Of a stretch of DNA of 64,000 bases, positions 8,476-19,175 are shown one piece after another; positions within the stretch are counted from its first letter, which is position 1, and each line of letters opens with the position of its first letter. Under the pieces are notes generated by a model. The model did no database searches, had not been told where the DNA came from, and saw only the letters and a list, made by a program, of their open reading frames with translations. The DNA is from Methyloceanibacter sp. Lineage in GTDB: Bacteria > Pseudomonadota > Alphaproteobacteria > Rhizobiales > Methyloligellaceae. The DNA is taken from NCBI RefSeq assembly GCF_051306395.1, contig NZ_JBPPND010000071.1:1437-65436 (forward strand). The letters are read 5' to 3'. The position numbers and the translations under genes were made by a program.

Positions 8476-9507
8476 GTGAACAAGCTCAGTATTGCAGCGT
8501 CGACGCTCGCCGTCGCCGCTATTTGCACGGCCGGCCCGGCGCTGGCCCGTGACCAGATCAAGATCGTCGGGTCCTCGACGGTTTTCCCCTACACCCAGGC
8601 CGTGGCTGAAGAGTTCGGGAAGAAGACGGGCAAGAAGGCCCCCGTGGTCGAATCTACCGGCACTGGCGGCGGTATGAAAATCTTCTGCCAGGGTATCGGC
8701 GAAGGCAACCCCGACATTACTGGCGCCTCTCGCGCCATGAAGAAGTCCGAGTTCGAACTCTGCACCGAGAACGGCGTCGATGACGTCACCGAGGTCCTGA
8801 TCGGCTATGACGGTCTGTCCATCGCGCAGTCCAAAAAGGGCAAGCCGATGGACCTGACCAAGGAGCAGATCTTCCTGGCGCTCGCGGCCGAGGTTCCGGA
8901 TGGCGACAAGCTGGTGAAGAACCCCAACAAGAAGTGGAGCGATGTCGACAGCTCCCTGCCCGACATCGCAATCACGGCATATGGCCCGCCGCCCACCTCC
9001 GGCACGCGTGACGCGTTTGTCGAACTGGCCATGCACGAGGGCTGCGAGGAGCTCGAGTACTTCAAAAAGAACAAGGACCAGGTCAAAGAGAAGTGCACGC
9101 CCATGCGTCAGGACGGCCCCTTCATCGAGGCCGGCGAGAACGACAATCTCATCGTGCAGCGCATCGAGGCCGATCCCAATGCTGTCGGCATCTTCGGCTA
9201 CTCGTTCCTCTACGAGAACAAGGACAAGCTTCAGGGCGTGAAGATCGGTGGCGTGAATCCGGGCTTCGACACCATTGGTGACGGCAGCTACGGTCTGTCC
9301 CGGCCGTTGTTCGTCTACATCAAGAACCCGCACCGCAAGGTCATCGGCGGCCTGAACGAGTTCATCGCCGAGTATGTTAGCGACGACGCTATGGGCGAGG
9401 ACGGCTACCTGCATGAGCGTGGTCTGGTCGTGCTTCCCGAGGACAAGCTGAAGGAAATGCAAGACCGCGCGACCGAGGGCAAGAAGATGGCTGCGCCGAC
9501 CTCTTAA
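8476..9507 (+). CDS. pstS: Phosphate ABC transporter substrate-binding protein
   Basis: GTG start with GGGAGA RBS; IVGSSTVFPY, STGTGGGMKIFC and GPPPTSGTRDAF motifs. Confidence 0.95.
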   Translation: MNKLSIAASTLAVAAICTAGPALARDQIKIVGSSTVFPYTQAVAEEFGKKTGKKAPVVESTGTGGGMKIFCQGIGEGNPDITGASRAMKKSEFELCTENGVDDVTEVLIGYDGLSIAQSKKGKPMDLTKEQIFLALAAEVPDGDKLVKNPNKKWSDVDSSLPDIAITAYGPPPTSGTRDAFVELAMHEGCEELEYFKKNKDQVKEKCTPMRQDGPFIEAGENDNLIVQRIEADPNAVGIFGYSFLYENKDKLQGVKIGGVNPGFDTIGDGSYGLSRPLFVYIKNPHRKVIGGLNEFIAEYVSDDAMGEDGYLHERGLVVLPEDKLKEMQDRATEGKKMAAPTS

Positions 9508-9640
9508 GGGGCGGAGTCGTTCTCAACTTCGCACGAGTTAGATCGAAGGCGTGGCCGCTTAGTGCGGCGGCCACGCCGACGATCGTGAGGAAGAATTGGC
9601 CGCGCCGGCTGACGGGCGCAGCTAGGGGATTGGGGCGGAG

Positions 9641-11020
9641 ATGATCGGTTACCTTTTGCTCGTGCTCATCGTTCTGGCCGCGGTGAGCTATGTGTTCGCC
9701 CGCCGCCGTTCAGTCGCTCTGGTTCAGGGCCGCGAACACGAGCTTCACTCTCGGCCGACGTATCACGGCGCTTTCGTCGCGGCCTGGGTCGGCATCCCCT
9801 CGATTCTTCTGGTCCTTATCTGGCTACTGTTCCAGGGAACGATCATCGACAGCCTCTTGCTGTGGAGCCTGCCGCCCGGCACCACCGACGGCATGGAACA
9901 GGGCCGCATCAGCCTGCTCCTGAGCGAGATCAAGTCGGTCGCGGCCGGCAATATGTTCAGCGTGCCGAGCGTTATGGTTCAAGAGGCGGCAGAGCGCTAT
10001 CAGCGCTGGCAGGCCATCGCCCGCTGGGCCATGGTGGGCGCGGCTTTGAGCGTCGCCCTTCTCGGACTTGTCTTTGCCAGCCGCCGTCTTTCTCCGGAGT
10101 TCCGGGCCCGCCATGGCGCCGAGCGCATTCTGAGCGGGTTGATGATTGCCTGCTCGCTCATCGCCATTCTTACGACTCTTGGCATCGTCCTGTCGCTGTT
10201 GATTGAAGCCTTGCGCTTCTTCGATCGGGTGAACCCCTTCGAGTTCTTCTTCGGGCTGAACTGGGAGCCGCAGATCCCCATCCGCGAAGGCCAAGTGACG
10301 GCCGGCGGCGCGTTCGGCGCCATTCCCGTCTTCGCCGGCACCCTGCTCATCGCGCTCATCGCAATGCTGGTGGCGACCCCAATCGGCCTCTACTCGGCCA
10401 TCTACCTCACCGAGTACGCCAATCCCAAAGTTCGCGCCGTGATCAAGCCGGTTCTGGAGCTGCTCGCGGGCATTCCGACGGTTGTCTACGGCTTCTTCGC
10501 TGTCCTCACCGTGGCGCCGGCCATGCGGGAGTTCGGCGAGATGATCGGCGTGCCGATCGCGCCCAACAGTGCGCTCGCCGCCGGGGGGGTGATGGGCATC
10601 ATGATCATTCCCTTCATCTCGTCTCTGTCGGACGATGCCATAGCCGCGGTTCCGCGCGCCATGCGCGACGGGTCCTACGCCATGGGAGCCACCAAGGGCG
10701 AGACCATCACTAAGGTGCTTCTGCCGGCGGCGCTTCCGGGGATCATGGGCGGTGTCCTCCTCGCCGTGAGCCGCGCCATCGGCGAGACCATGATCGTGGT
10801 CATGGCAGCCGGCATCATCGCAAACCTGACCATGAATCCGCTCGAGCCGGTCACCACGGTCACCGTGCAGATCGTGACCCTGCTGATTGGCGACACCGAG
10901 TTCGACAATCCGAAGACGCTCGCGGCGTTCGCCCTCGGCCTCGTGCTGTTCCTCGCCACCCTGGTCTTAAACATCATCGCCCTTCGCATCGTACGCAAAT
11001 ACAGAGAGCAATATGAGTGA
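9641..11020 (+). CDS. pstC: Phosphate ABC transporter permease
   Basis: ELLAGIPTVVYGFF and SRAIGETMIV motifs; operon position. Confidence 0.95.
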   Translation: MIGYLLLVLIVLAAVSYVFARRRSVALVQGREHELHSRPTYHGAFVAAWVGIPSILLVLIWLLFQGTIIDSLLLWSLPPGTTDGMEQGRISLLLSEIKSVAAGNMFSVPSVMVQEAAERYQRWQAIARWAMVGAALSVALLGLVFASRRLSPEFRARHGAERILSGLMIACSLIAILTTLGIVLSLLIEALRFFDRVNPFEFFFGLNWEPQIPIREGQVTAGGAFGAIPVFAGTLLIALIAMLVATPIGLYSAIYLTEYANPKVRAVIKPVLELLAGIPTVVYGFFAVLTVAPAMREFGEMIGVPIAPNSALAAGGVMGIMIIPFISSLSDDAIAAVPRAMRDGSYAMGATKGETITKVLLPAALPGIMGGVLLAVSRAIGETMIVVMAAGIIANLTMNPLEPVTTVTVQIVTLLIGDTEFDNPKTLAAFALGLVLFLATLVLNIIALRIVRKYREQYE

Positions 11021-12656
11021 CGCACAAGCCATAGCTCCCACGGCAACGCTCGACTGGAACTCGGACCAGGCGCGGCGGCGCGTGCGGCGCCGCTACGCGG
11101 CCGACAGGCGGCTCCAGGCCTATGGCATCATCGCCATCGCTGTTGCCGTCGGTCTCCTTGGCGTCTTGCTCACCTCGCTTGTCTCCACGGGATACCCCGC
11201 CTTTCTTCAGACCAAGGTCGAGCTGCCGATCTACGTGGACCCATCTCAAGTCGATGCTGAGGACCCGTCCAAGGGCAAATATCGTGTGTTGATCCGCGAG
11301 GCACTCAACAAGGCCATTCCCGACATTCCTGAGGATCAAGAGCGGAGCGTCGGCAACATCCTGACCTCGGATGCCGCTTACATCCTGCGCGACTATGTCG
11401 TTAGCCACCCAGAATCCATAGGCAAGACCATCACCTTGCCGATTGCCGTCTCCGACCCGTTCGATCAGCTCCACAAGGGCGTGATCCCCAAGGAGGTGGA
11501 CGCACTGACCTGGAGCCAGGTCCGCTATTTCGAGCGCTTGCAGAACCGTGGAGTGGTGGTCGAGGACGGCGGACGCACCAGCCTCGAGCTCGACGTCTAT
11601 GTCGACCCTGCGAGGATCGAAGCTGGTCCTCCGCCAAGCGGCGAGTTCGAAGCCGTGGCGCGCGATAGTCTGCAGGCCTATCTGCCCGACGTGTACGACA
11701 CGGCGCTCTTCGGCCTGCTCGCCGACGACGCACCCGACGCCATCGCCCAACGTGTTGCCGTCGACCCCGGCATCATCGGCAAGACGATACCGGTTCTTTT
11801 CCCGGTGTCGCCGCCCGTCGCCGAGCTCGCCAAAGGCGAGACGCCGAAGGTGCTCAACTCGCGTTTCACGCCGGAGCAAATCAAGGCCTTCGATGCGATG
11901 GAGGAAAAGGGCCTCGTGCGCACGCCGTTCAACTGGGAGCTGTTCTTCAATGCGGATAGCCGCTTCCCGGAACGGGCGGGCCTCGCCGGCGCCATCACCG
12001 GCTCCTTCTATGCGCTGATGGTCTGCTTTTTGCTGAGCTTTCCCATCGGGATCGCCGCGGCAGTCTATCTCGAAGAGTTTGCTCCGAAGAACCGCTTCAC
12101 CGACCTCATCGAGGTCAACATCAACAATCTCGCCGCCGTGCCCTCGGTGGTGTTCGGTCTGCTCGGCCTCGCCGTGTTTCTCGGCTTCTTCGGCCTGCCG
12201 CGTTCGGCGCCGCTGGTCGGCGGTATGGTGCTCAGCCTCATGACCCTGCCGACCATCATCATCACCACGCGGGCCGCGCTCAAAGCAGTGCCGCCATCGA
12301 TCCGCGAGGCGGCTCTTGGCGTCGGCGCCTCGAAGCACCAAGTCATGTTGCATCATGTGCTTCCCCTCGCGCTTCCAGGCATTCTCACCGGAACCATCAT
12401 CGGCATGGCGCAGGCCCTGGGCGAGACGGCGCCGCTGCTTTTGATCGGCATGAACGCCTTTATCCCGAGCATCGAGAATATGGGCCTTCTCGAACCCGCG
12501 ACCGCGCTGCCGACTCAAATTTTCGCCTGGGCCGACAGTCCTGAGCGCGGCTTCGTCTCGCGTACTTCGGCGGCAATCCTGGTCCTGCTGGGCTTTCTTG
12601 TAATCATGAACATGGTGGCGATCGCCTTAAGGCAGATCTTCCAGCGCAAGTGGTAG
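11013..12656 (+). CDS. pstA: Phosphate ABC transporter permease with duplicated periplasmic domain
   Basis: [17 protein letters not shown] and [10 protein letters not shown] motifs; start overlaps the pstC stop; 547 aa. Confidence 0.93.
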   Translation: MSDAQAIAPTATLDWNSDQARRRVRRRYAADRRLQAYGIIAIAVAVGLLGVLLTSLVSTGYPAFLQTKVELPIYVDPSQVDAEDPSKGKYRVLIREALNKAIPDIPEDQERSVGNILTSDAAYILRDYVVSHPESIGKTITLPIAVSDPFDQLHKGVIPKEVDALTWSQVRYFERLQNRGVVVEDGGRTSLELDVYVDPARIEAGPPPSGEFEAVARDSLQAYLPDVYDTALFGLLADDAPDAIAQRVAVDPGIIGKTIPVLFPVSPPVAELAKGETPKVLNSRFTPEQIKAFDAMEEKGLVRTPFNWELFFNADSRFPERAGLAGAITGSFYALMVCFLLSFPIGIAAAVYLEEFAPKNRFTDLIEVNINNLAAVPSVVFGLLGLAVFLGFFGLPRSAPLVGGMVLSLMTLPTIIITTRAALKAVPPSIREAALGVGASKHQVMLHHVLPLALPGILTGTIIGMAQALGETAPLLLIGMNAFIPSIENMGLLEPATALPTQIFAWADSPERGFVSRTSAAILVLLGFLVIMNMVAIALRQIFQRKW

Positions 12657-12670
12657 AAAGGGAATTCGTT

Positions 12671-13519
12671 ATGGAGGCTAAGGTGGAAGCGCGACCGGCC
12701 ATCCGCGTAGAGGCGCCCGCGGTGCCCGCTAAGAAGGAGGGCCAACTGCCCGTGGAGCAGCCCGAGCTCAAAATGAACGCCAAAAGCGTCAACCTGTGGT
12801 ACGGCGACGCGCAGGCGCTGTTTGACGTGTCGCTCGAGATCTTCGACAAGTCTGTCACGGCTCTGATCGGACCGTCAGGGTGCGGCAAGTCCACTTTCTT
12901 GCGCTGTCTCGACCGCATGAACGACGTAATCGAGGGAGTTCGCATCACCGGCGATATCCGTCTCGACGGCGATGATATCTATGCCCCGAACGTTGACCCG
13001 GTGCAGCTTCGCGCCCGGGTGGGCATGGTCTTCCAGAAGCCGAACCCGTTCCCTAAATCGATTTTTGAGAACGTGGCCTACGGGCCGCGCATTCATGGCC
13101 TTGCTACGAGCAAGACCGATCTCGAGGAAATCGTGGTCCACAGCCTCACCAAGGCCGGGCTGTTCGAGGAGGTCAAGGACCGGCTCCAAGAACCCGGCAC
13201 GGGCCTCTCCGGCGGTCAGCAGCAACGGCTTTGCATCGCGCGCGCCATCTCGGTGAACCCCGAGGTCCTGCTCATGGACGAGCCCTGCTCGGCGCTGGAC
13301 CCAATCGCCACCGCCAAGATCGAGACCCTGATGGATGAGCTGAAGGAAAGCCTCTGCATGGTCATTGTCACGCACTCGATGCAGCAAGCAGCCCGCGTCT
13401 CCCAACGCACGGCCTTCTTCCATCTCGGCAAGCTGGTCGAGGTAGATGAGACCACCAGAATCTTCACCAATCCGACCGACCAGCGGACGCAGGATTACGT
13501 CACCGGCCGCTTCGGTTGA
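12671..13519 (+). CDS. pstB: Phosphate ABC transporter ATP-binding protein
   Basis: [30 protein letters not shown] and DYVTGRFG motifs. Confidence 0.97.
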   Translation: MEAKVEARPAIRVEAPAVPAKKEGQLPVEQPELKMNAKSVNLWYGDAQALFDVSLEIFDKSVTALIGPSGCGKSTFLRCLDRMNDVIEGVRITGDIRLDGDDIYAPNVDPVQLRARVGMVFQKPNPFPKSIFENVAYGPRIHGLATSKTDLEEIVVHSLTKAGLFEEVKDRLQEPGTGLSGGQQQRLCIARAISVNPEVLLMDEPCSALDPIATAKIETLMDELKESLCMVIVTHSMQQAARVSQRTAFFHLGKLVEVDETTRIFTNPTDQRTQDYVTGRFG

Positions 13520-13544
13520 TGCCGGCTCACTAGGAGTTCCCCCC

Positions 13545-14276
13545 ATGGAACAGCAGCACGAACATATCGTCAGATCCTACGAAGAGGAGCTCGCGCTCCT
13601 CAACAACAAGATCGCCAAGATGGGCGGTCTTGCGGAGAAGGTGCTCGGCCAATCCTTCGAGGCCTTGGAGCGGCGCGACCCCGATCTTGCGGCCGCGACC
13701 ATCAATGAGGACGAGGAGATCGACGAGCTCCAACGCGAGATCGAGGAGCAGGCCGTTCTGATGATCGCCCGGCGGCAGCCCATGGCCTACGACCTCCGCC
13801 AGATCATGGCCGCGTTGCGCATCTCCGCCGATCTGGAGCGCATCGGCGACCTCGGCAAGAACATCGCCAAACGCGCCGTCGCCGTGGTCACGGAGCAGCA
13901 GCCCAAGCAACTCATGCTCGGTCTGAAGCACATGGGCGAACTGGCGCTCGGCCAACTGAAGGACGTGCTCGACGCCTTCATCGAGCGCGATGCCGACCGG
14001 GCGCTTGGCGTCTGGTACAAGGATGAAGAGATCGATGCGATGTACAACTCGCTGTTTCGCGAGCTCCTCACCTACATGATGGAGGATCCGAGGAATATCG
14101 GGCTTTGCACGCATCTCCTGTTCGGCGCCAAGAACATCGAGCGTGTGGGCGACCACGCGACGAACATTGCCGAGACGGTCTATTATCTGGTGCATGGCCG
14201 GGCCATCACGGATCAGCGGCCGAAGGGCGATACGACGAGCTCGACGCCGGTCTCACTGAAGCGATCGGCGGTCTAG
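13545..14276 (+). CDS. phoU: Phosphate signalling complex protein
   Basis: AGGAG RBS; RQPMAYDLR, DLERIGD and IERVGDHATNIAE motifs. Confidence 0.96.
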   Translation: MEQQHEHIVRSYEEELALLNNKIAKMGGLAEKVLGQSFEALERRDPDLAAATINEDEEIDELQREIEEQAVLMIARRQPMAYDLRQIMAALRISADLERIGDLGKNIAKRAVAVVTEQQPKQLMLGLKHMGELALGQLKDVLDAFIERDADRALGVWYKDEEIDAMYNSLFRELLTYMMEDPRNIGLCTHLLFGAKNIERVGDHATNIAETVYYLVHGRAITDQRPKGDTTSSTPVSLKRSAV

Positions 14277-14298
14277 ACGGATGTTACAGACAAACGCC

Positions 14299-15006
14299 AT
14301 GGGCGCGGGAGCCAAGGTTCTGGTTGTCGAGGATGAGGAGCCGCTGGCCCTCCTTCTCCGCTACAATCTCGAGGCCGAAGGCTACGCCGTCGACGTCGTC
14401 CATCGCGGCGACGAGGCGGAGGTGGCCATCGCCGAGAATTCGCCCGATCTCATCGTGCTCGACTGGATGCTGCCGGGCCTCTCGGGGCTCGAGCTTTGCC
14501 GTCGCTTACGCACCGGCAAGGACTCCCGCACCATTCCCATCATTCTGCTTACGGCGCGCAGCGAGGAAAACGATCGCATCCGGGGCCTCACCACCGGCGC
14601 CGACGACTATGTGGTCAAGCCGTTCTCGCTGCCGGAGTTGATGGCGCGGGTGCGCGCCATTTTGCGGCGGACCAACCCCGAGCGCATTGCCTCGGTGCTG
14701 ACCGTGGGCGATATCGAGCTCGACCGGGAGTCCCATCGCGTGACCCGCAACGGCCGTCAGGTCCATCTCGGACCGACTGAATTCCGCCTCCTGGAGTTCC
14801 TGATGCAGAGCCCCGGCCGCGTGTTCAGCCGGGCGCAGCTGCTCGACGGCGTGTGGGGCCGTAACGTCTATGTGGATGAGCGCACGGTCGATGTGCATAT
14901 CGGCCGTCTGCGCAAGGCCATGATGCGCGGCAACGAGCGCGATCCGGTGCGCACCGTGCGTGGTGCCGGCTACGCCTTCTCCGACAAGCTCGAAGAGACG
15001 GCCTGA
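14299..15006 (+). CDS. phoB: Phosphate regulon response regulator
   Basis: VLVVEDE, LDWMLPG, GADDYVVKPFS and RTVDVHIGRLRK motifs; follows phoU; alternative start at 14281. Confidence 0.95.
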   Translation: MGAGAKVLVVEDEEPLALLLRYNLEAEGYAVDVVHRGDEAEVAIAENSPDLIVLDWMLPGLSGLELCRRLRTGKDSRTIPIILLTARSEENDRIRGLTTGADDYVVKPFSLPELMARVRAILRRTNPERIASVLTVGDIELDRESHRVTRNGRQVHLGPTEFRLLEFLMQSPGRVFSRAQLLDGVWGRNVYVDERTVDVHIGRLRKAMMRGNERDPVRTVRGAGYAFSDKLEETA

Positions 15007-15029
15007 AGTTTTTGCCTGCCCTGAAAAGT

Positions 15030-15060
15030 AAAGAGGCGCCGATTTTCGCGGCGCCTCTTT
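15030..15060. terminator. Bidirectional intrinsic terminator between phoB and gcrA
   Basis: AAAGAGGCGCCG-ATTTTCG-CGGCGCCTCTTT perfect 12-bp stem between convergent genes. Confidence 0.85.
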
Positions 15061-15081
15061 CGCTATCCCGATAAGTCGATC

Positions 15082-15588
15082 TTAGCCTGAGGCAAAGCGC
15101 TTCTCGCGCCGCCGCGCCTGAACCGGCTGGTACGCCATGCGGGCGTGATGCTCGCAGTAAGGCACCGTGCCGTCCTTTTTGCGCCCGCAGAAGTGGAACT
15201 CCTCTTCCGTGGGATCGCCGATGGGCCAGCGGCACATCGACTCCTTCAGCGTGAGGATAGTCGCCCGCTCATGCAGCGGGATGACGAGTTCTGCGACCGG
15301 CGCGGGCGCCGGATCGTATTCCGCCTCGTAAGACGGCTTGAGCGCCACATTGCCCCGCGTGCCGAAAGTCAGCGACGGCGCTCGATTTTGCCGTGGCGCG
15401 TGATTGCGCCGTGGCCGTGGCGCGCTGGAGCGCGAACTGGTCGCGCGCCCCGAAAGCCCCAGCCGATGGACTTTGCCGATCACCGCGTTACGGGTCACGC
15501 CGCCTAAGCGACCCGCGATTTGGCTCGCGCTCAATCCCTCTGCCCAGAGCTTCTTCAGCAGTTCCACCCTTTCATCAGTCCAAGCCAT
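15082..15588 (-). CDS. gcrA: Cell cycle regulator GcrA
   Basis: MAWTDERVELLKKLWAEGLSASQIA...TRNAVIGKVHRLGL; CRWPIGDP...FCG...YCEHH; divergent from argD. Confidence 0.96.
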   Translation of the reverse strand: MAWTDERVELLKKLWAEGLSASQIAGRLGGVTRNAVIGKVHRLGLSGRATSSRSSAPRPRRNHAPRQNRAPSLTFGTRGNVALKPSYEAEYDPAPAPVAELVIPLHERATILTLKESMCRWPIGDPTEEEFHFCGRKKDGTVPYCEHHARMAYQPVQARRREKRFASG

Positions 15589-15972
15589 GGTTGGCCTCCT
15601 CGTTTGGACTCAGATTCCACCCGTCCCGCAAGACGGCATTTTTCGAAATACTCGGAATTACTGCTGAGAATGACCGCTCAGGCGCCAACAGCACCTACAA
15701 CATCTGGTAGCCGAGCAGTTATTACCCTACTAAAACCGGTAGAAGCCGACAAGCGTCCGCCACGCTTGGGTGCCCCGTTTTCCACCGGAACAAGCGGATT
15801 CTGCCACTTCTCTCGCGAGAACACAAACGCGAGCGTTGATGGAAACGTGGAGAAACCTTGGATAAGCAGGTCATGTGCACAGATTGACACCACCCAAGAC
15901 CAGACCTAACACTCTGACTTTCCTTGCTGCCGCCGGTCGGCGGCAATTTTGTTTCAGGGATACGCAAGTTTA

Positions 15973-17160
15973 ATGTCGGCCCTCCTTCCGACCTATGCCC
16001 GCAGCGGATTGTCCTTCGCGCGGGGCAAAGGCGCCTTTCTCTTTACCGAGGCGGGCGAGCGCTATCTCGACTTCTCGAGTGGCATCGCCGTGACCGCGCT
16101 CGGCCACGCTCATCCGCGGCTGATCGAGGCGCTGACGGCCCAGGCGAACAAGGTCTGGCACGTCTCAAACCTGCACCACATCGCCGAGCAGGAGCGGCTC
16201 GGGGAGCGGCTGTGCGACGCCACCTTCGCCGACCGCGTGTTTTTCGCGAATTCCGGCGCTGAGGCCGTGGAGGCCTCGATCAAGGCCGCCCGCCGCTATC
16301 ACTTCGTCAATGGCGCGCCCGAGCGCTACCGGCTCGTCACCTTCGGGGGCGCCTTTCACGGCCGCACCCTCGCCACCATCGCCGCCGGCGGCCAATCAAA
16401 GCACCTGGAAGGTTTCGGCCCGCCGGTCGAGGGCTTCGATCAGGTGTCGGGCTTCGACCTCGAGGCCGTCGAGGCGGCCATCGGCGATGAAACTGCCGGC
16501 GTCCTGCTGGAGCCAATCATGGGCGAGGGCGGCATGCGCGAAGTGCCGTATCGGTTCCTGCAAGATTTGCGCACCCTGTGCGACGAGAAGGATATCTTGC
16601 TCGTGCTCGATGAGGTCCAGAGTGGCGTTGGGCGCACCGGGCGCTTCTATGCCCATGAATGGGCGGATATCACGCCGGACATTATGGCCACCGCGAAAGG
16701 GCTCGGCGGCGGCTTTCCCGTGGGCGCGTGCCTCACCACCGAGGCGGTGGGCCAGGCCATGACGCCGGGCAGCCACGGCTCGACCTTTGGCGGCAACCCA
16801 CTTGCCATGGCGGTCGGCAACGCGGTGCTCGATGTCGTTTTGGCTCCGGGCTTTCTCGAACATGTCGCGCAAATGGGGCTAAGGTTGAAGCAGCGGCTCG
16901 CGGGTCTCGCCGATGAGCATGACGACGTCATCGCTGAGGTGCGGGGCCAGGGGCTCATGGTCGGGCTGAAGTGCAAGGTGGAGAACCAGAAGCTCATCGC
17001 CGGCTTGCGCGAGCGGGGGATGCTCACCGTCCAGGCCGGCGACAATGTGGTACGCCTGCTGCCGCCGCTTATCGTGGGCGAGGAGGAAATCGACCTTGCC
17101 TGCGCCACGATCGACACCGCTTGCGCCGCGCTGAAAGTAAGCGCGAGCGAGAACGCATAG
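15973..17160 (+). CDS. argD: Acetylornithine aminotransferase
   Basis: [36 protein letters not shown] and [11 protein letters not shown] motifs. Confidence 0.93.
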   Translation: MSALLPTYARSGLSFARGKGAFLFTEAGERYLDFSSGIAVTALGHAHPRLIEALTAQANKVWHVSNLHHIAEQERLGERLCDATFADRVFFANSGAEAVEASIKAARRYHFVNGAPERYRLVTFGGAFHGRTLATIAAGGQSKHLEGFGPPVEGFDQVSGFDLEAVEAAIGDETAGVLLEPIMGEGGMREVPYRFLQDLRTLCDEKDILLVLDEVQSGVGRTGRFYAHEWADITPDIMATAKGLGGGFPVGACLTTEAVGQAMTPGSHGSTFGGNPLAMAVGNAVLDVVLAPGFLEHVAQMGLRLKQRLAGLADEHDDVIAEVRGQGLMVGLKCKVENQKLIAGLRERGMLTVQAGDNVVRLLPPLIVGEEEIDLACATIDTACAALKVSASENA

Positions 17161-17178
17161 CTTTCCGAGACGTTTCCC

Positions 17179-18234
17179 ATGTCACCGCAGCCGAAGCATT
17201 TCCTCGATCTCGACCTATTGGACGCCTCGATCCTGCGCGCCATCCTCGATAGCGCCGCAGTAATGAAGAAGTCCGGCAGGGTTCCGAAGGCGCTTGGTGT
17301 GCCGCAAGGCGCGGTGCTTGCCATGCTCTTCGAAAAGCCGTCCACCCGTACACGCGTGTCCTTCGAGGTTGCCATTCATCAGCTCGGCGGCACGGCCATC
17401 GTGCTCAATCCGCAGGACATGCAGCTCGGCCGCGGCGAGACGGTTGCCGATACCGCGCGGGTTCTGTCGCGCTACGTGGACGCCATCATGCTGCGTACGG
17501 GCCCGCCCGCGACCCTCACCGAGTTTGCCGAGAACAGCACGATTCCCGTGATCAACGGGCTCACCACGCGGTCCCATCCGTGCCAAATCATGGCCGACGT
17601 CATGACCTTCGAGGAGCGCAAAGGTCCCATCAAAGGCCGCACGGTCGCCTGGATCGGTGACGCCAACAACGTTTCCACGTCGTGGGTGCACGCCGCGGCG
17701 CGCTTCGGCTTCACCTTGCGCATGGCGGCGCCGGCCGATTTCGCGCCCGCCTCGGACAATCTGGCCTGGGCTGAAGGCGAAGGCGCGAAGATCGAGGTGA
17801 TGGACAGCGCGCGCGAAGCCGTGCACGGCGCCGACTGCGTGGTCACCGATACCTGGGTCTCGATGGGCGACAATGATGCCCAAAAGCGAAAGGCCGCCCT
17901 GCGTCCCTTCCAGGTCGACGAGGCGCTGATGGCCGTTGCTAAGCCGGACGCTATTTTCATGCATTGCCTGCCGGCCCATCGCGGCGAGGAGGTAACGGAC
18001 GCGGTGATCGACGGCCCCCAATCCGCCGCGTGGGACGAGGCGGAAAACCGGCTCCATGTGCAGAAGGCCATTCTCGCTTGGTGCCTGGGCGCGCCCAAAG
18101 CCCGCAAAGCCAAGGTGCTGAAGTTCGACCCTGCGCGCGCCCGGGCAGCAAAGGCGAAAAGGCAGGCCAAGAAGGCAAAGAAGGCGGCGCCGAGGAAGAT
18201 GGCCCGGGCCAAGTCGCGCGGGGCCGGACGGTGA
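17179..18234 (+). CDS. argF: Ornithine carbamoyltransferase with a basic C-terminal extension
   Basis: [29 protein letters not shown] and [11 protein letters not shown] motifs. Confidence 0.96.
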   Translation: MSPQPKHFLDLDLLDASILRAILDSAAVMKKSGRVPKALGVPQGAVLAMLFEKPSTRTRVSFEVAIHQLGGTAIVLNPQDMQLGRGETVADTARVLSRYVDAIMLRTGPPATLTEFAENSTIPVINGLTTRSHPCQIMADVMTFEERKGPIKGRTVAWIGDANNVSTSWVHAAARFGFTLRMAAPADFAPASDNLAWAEGEGAKIEVMDSAREAVHGADCVVTDTWVSMGDNDAQKRKAALRPFQVDEALMAVAKPDAIFMHCLPAHRGEEVTDAVIDGPQSAAWDEAENRLHVQKAILAWCLGAPKARKAKVLKFDPARARAAKAKRQAKKAKKAAPRKMARAKSRGAGR

Positions 18235-19172
18235 GCGCTCCAATTTCGGAAAGTCACATCGAGCTCTCGTTGCCGCCGGACGATCTCGTCCTGCCGTTTC
18301 AAGCCGAGCAGGCCGACGTGCTCGGCCGCTTGGTGCAGCTCGGGCCGACCGTCGACACGATCCTGTCGCGCCATGCATATCCTGAGCCCGTGTCGCGGCT
18401 CTTGGGCGAGGCCGTTGCGCTCACCGCGCTGCTCGGTGCTTCCCTCAAATCCGAGGGCAAGCTGATCCTGCAAGCGACCACCGACGGACCCGTCGATCTG
18501 CTGGTGGCTGACTTTTCAGTGCCGGGCTCCTTGCGGGGCTATGCGCGTTTCGACGCCGAGCGTCTGGCCGCGCTCGATGCGGACGACGATGCGGCGCTGC
18601 TCGGGCACGGCCACCTCGCCATGACCATCGACCGCGGCGTGGATACGGAGCGCTATCAGGGCGTCGTGCCGCTCGAGGGCGAGAGCCTCACCGAAGCCGC
18701 CGACACGTATTTCCGGCAGTCTGAGCAGCTTCCGACCTTCATCCGGTTGGCTGTCGCGCGGCACTTTAGAGCCGGGGAGAATGGCGAGGGCGCCTGGACC
18801 TGGCGGGCCGGCGGCCTCCTTGTGCAGAAGCTTACGCGCGAAGGCGGCGTCGCCAGCCTCAAGGAGTTCGAGGAGGACTGGACGCGGGCCAAGTCGCTTG
18901 CCGAGACCGTCGAGGACCACGAGCTGCTCGACCCCATGCTGTCGCCTGAGCGGTTGCTCTTCCGCCTATTTCATGAGGAGCAGGTGCGCGTCTATCGCGC
19001 CATTCCGCTTCAGACCTATTGCAGTTGCTCGCGCGAGCGTGTCGAAGAATTGCTCGATCGCTTCTCGGCCGAAGACATCGCCGAGATGACCGTGGACGGC
19101 GAGGTGTGGGTCACCTGCGAGTTCTGCAACGCCCGCTACAACTTCGATCCGGATAGCTTCGGCGAAGAATAG
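18231..19172 (+). CDS. hslO: Hsp33 redox-regulated chaperone
   Basis: YQGVVPL...[17 protein letters not shown] and CEFC motifs; GTG overlaps the argF stop. Confidence 0.94.
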   Translation: MSAPISESHIELSLPPDDLVLPFQAEQADVLGRLVQLGPTVDTILSRHAYPEPVSRLLGEAVALTALLGASLKSEGKLILQATTDGPVDLLVADFSVPGSLRGYARFDAERLAALDADDDAALLGHGHLAMTIDRGVDTERYQGVVPLEGESLTEAADTYFRQSEQLPTFIRLAVARHFRAGENGEGAWTWRAGGLLVQKLTREGGVASLKEFEEDWTRAKSLAETVEDHELLDPMLSPERLLFRLFHEEQVRVYRAIPLQTYCSCSRERVEELLDRFSAEDIAEMTVDGEVWVTCEFCNARYNFDPDSFGEE

Positions 19173-19175
19173 CGT

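Noticed and set aside
8461-9462. Long antisense ORFs over real genes (e.g. 8461-9462, 10974-12518, 17215-18378, 41058-42215, 58902-60725)
   Set aside because: Expected shadows of high-GC coding strands; no recognisable motifs, and the opposite strand holds clear genes
15607-15617. Two GANTC (CcrM) sites just upstream of gcrA
   Set aside because: A 5-bp degenerate motif; cannot be distinguished from chance without methylome data
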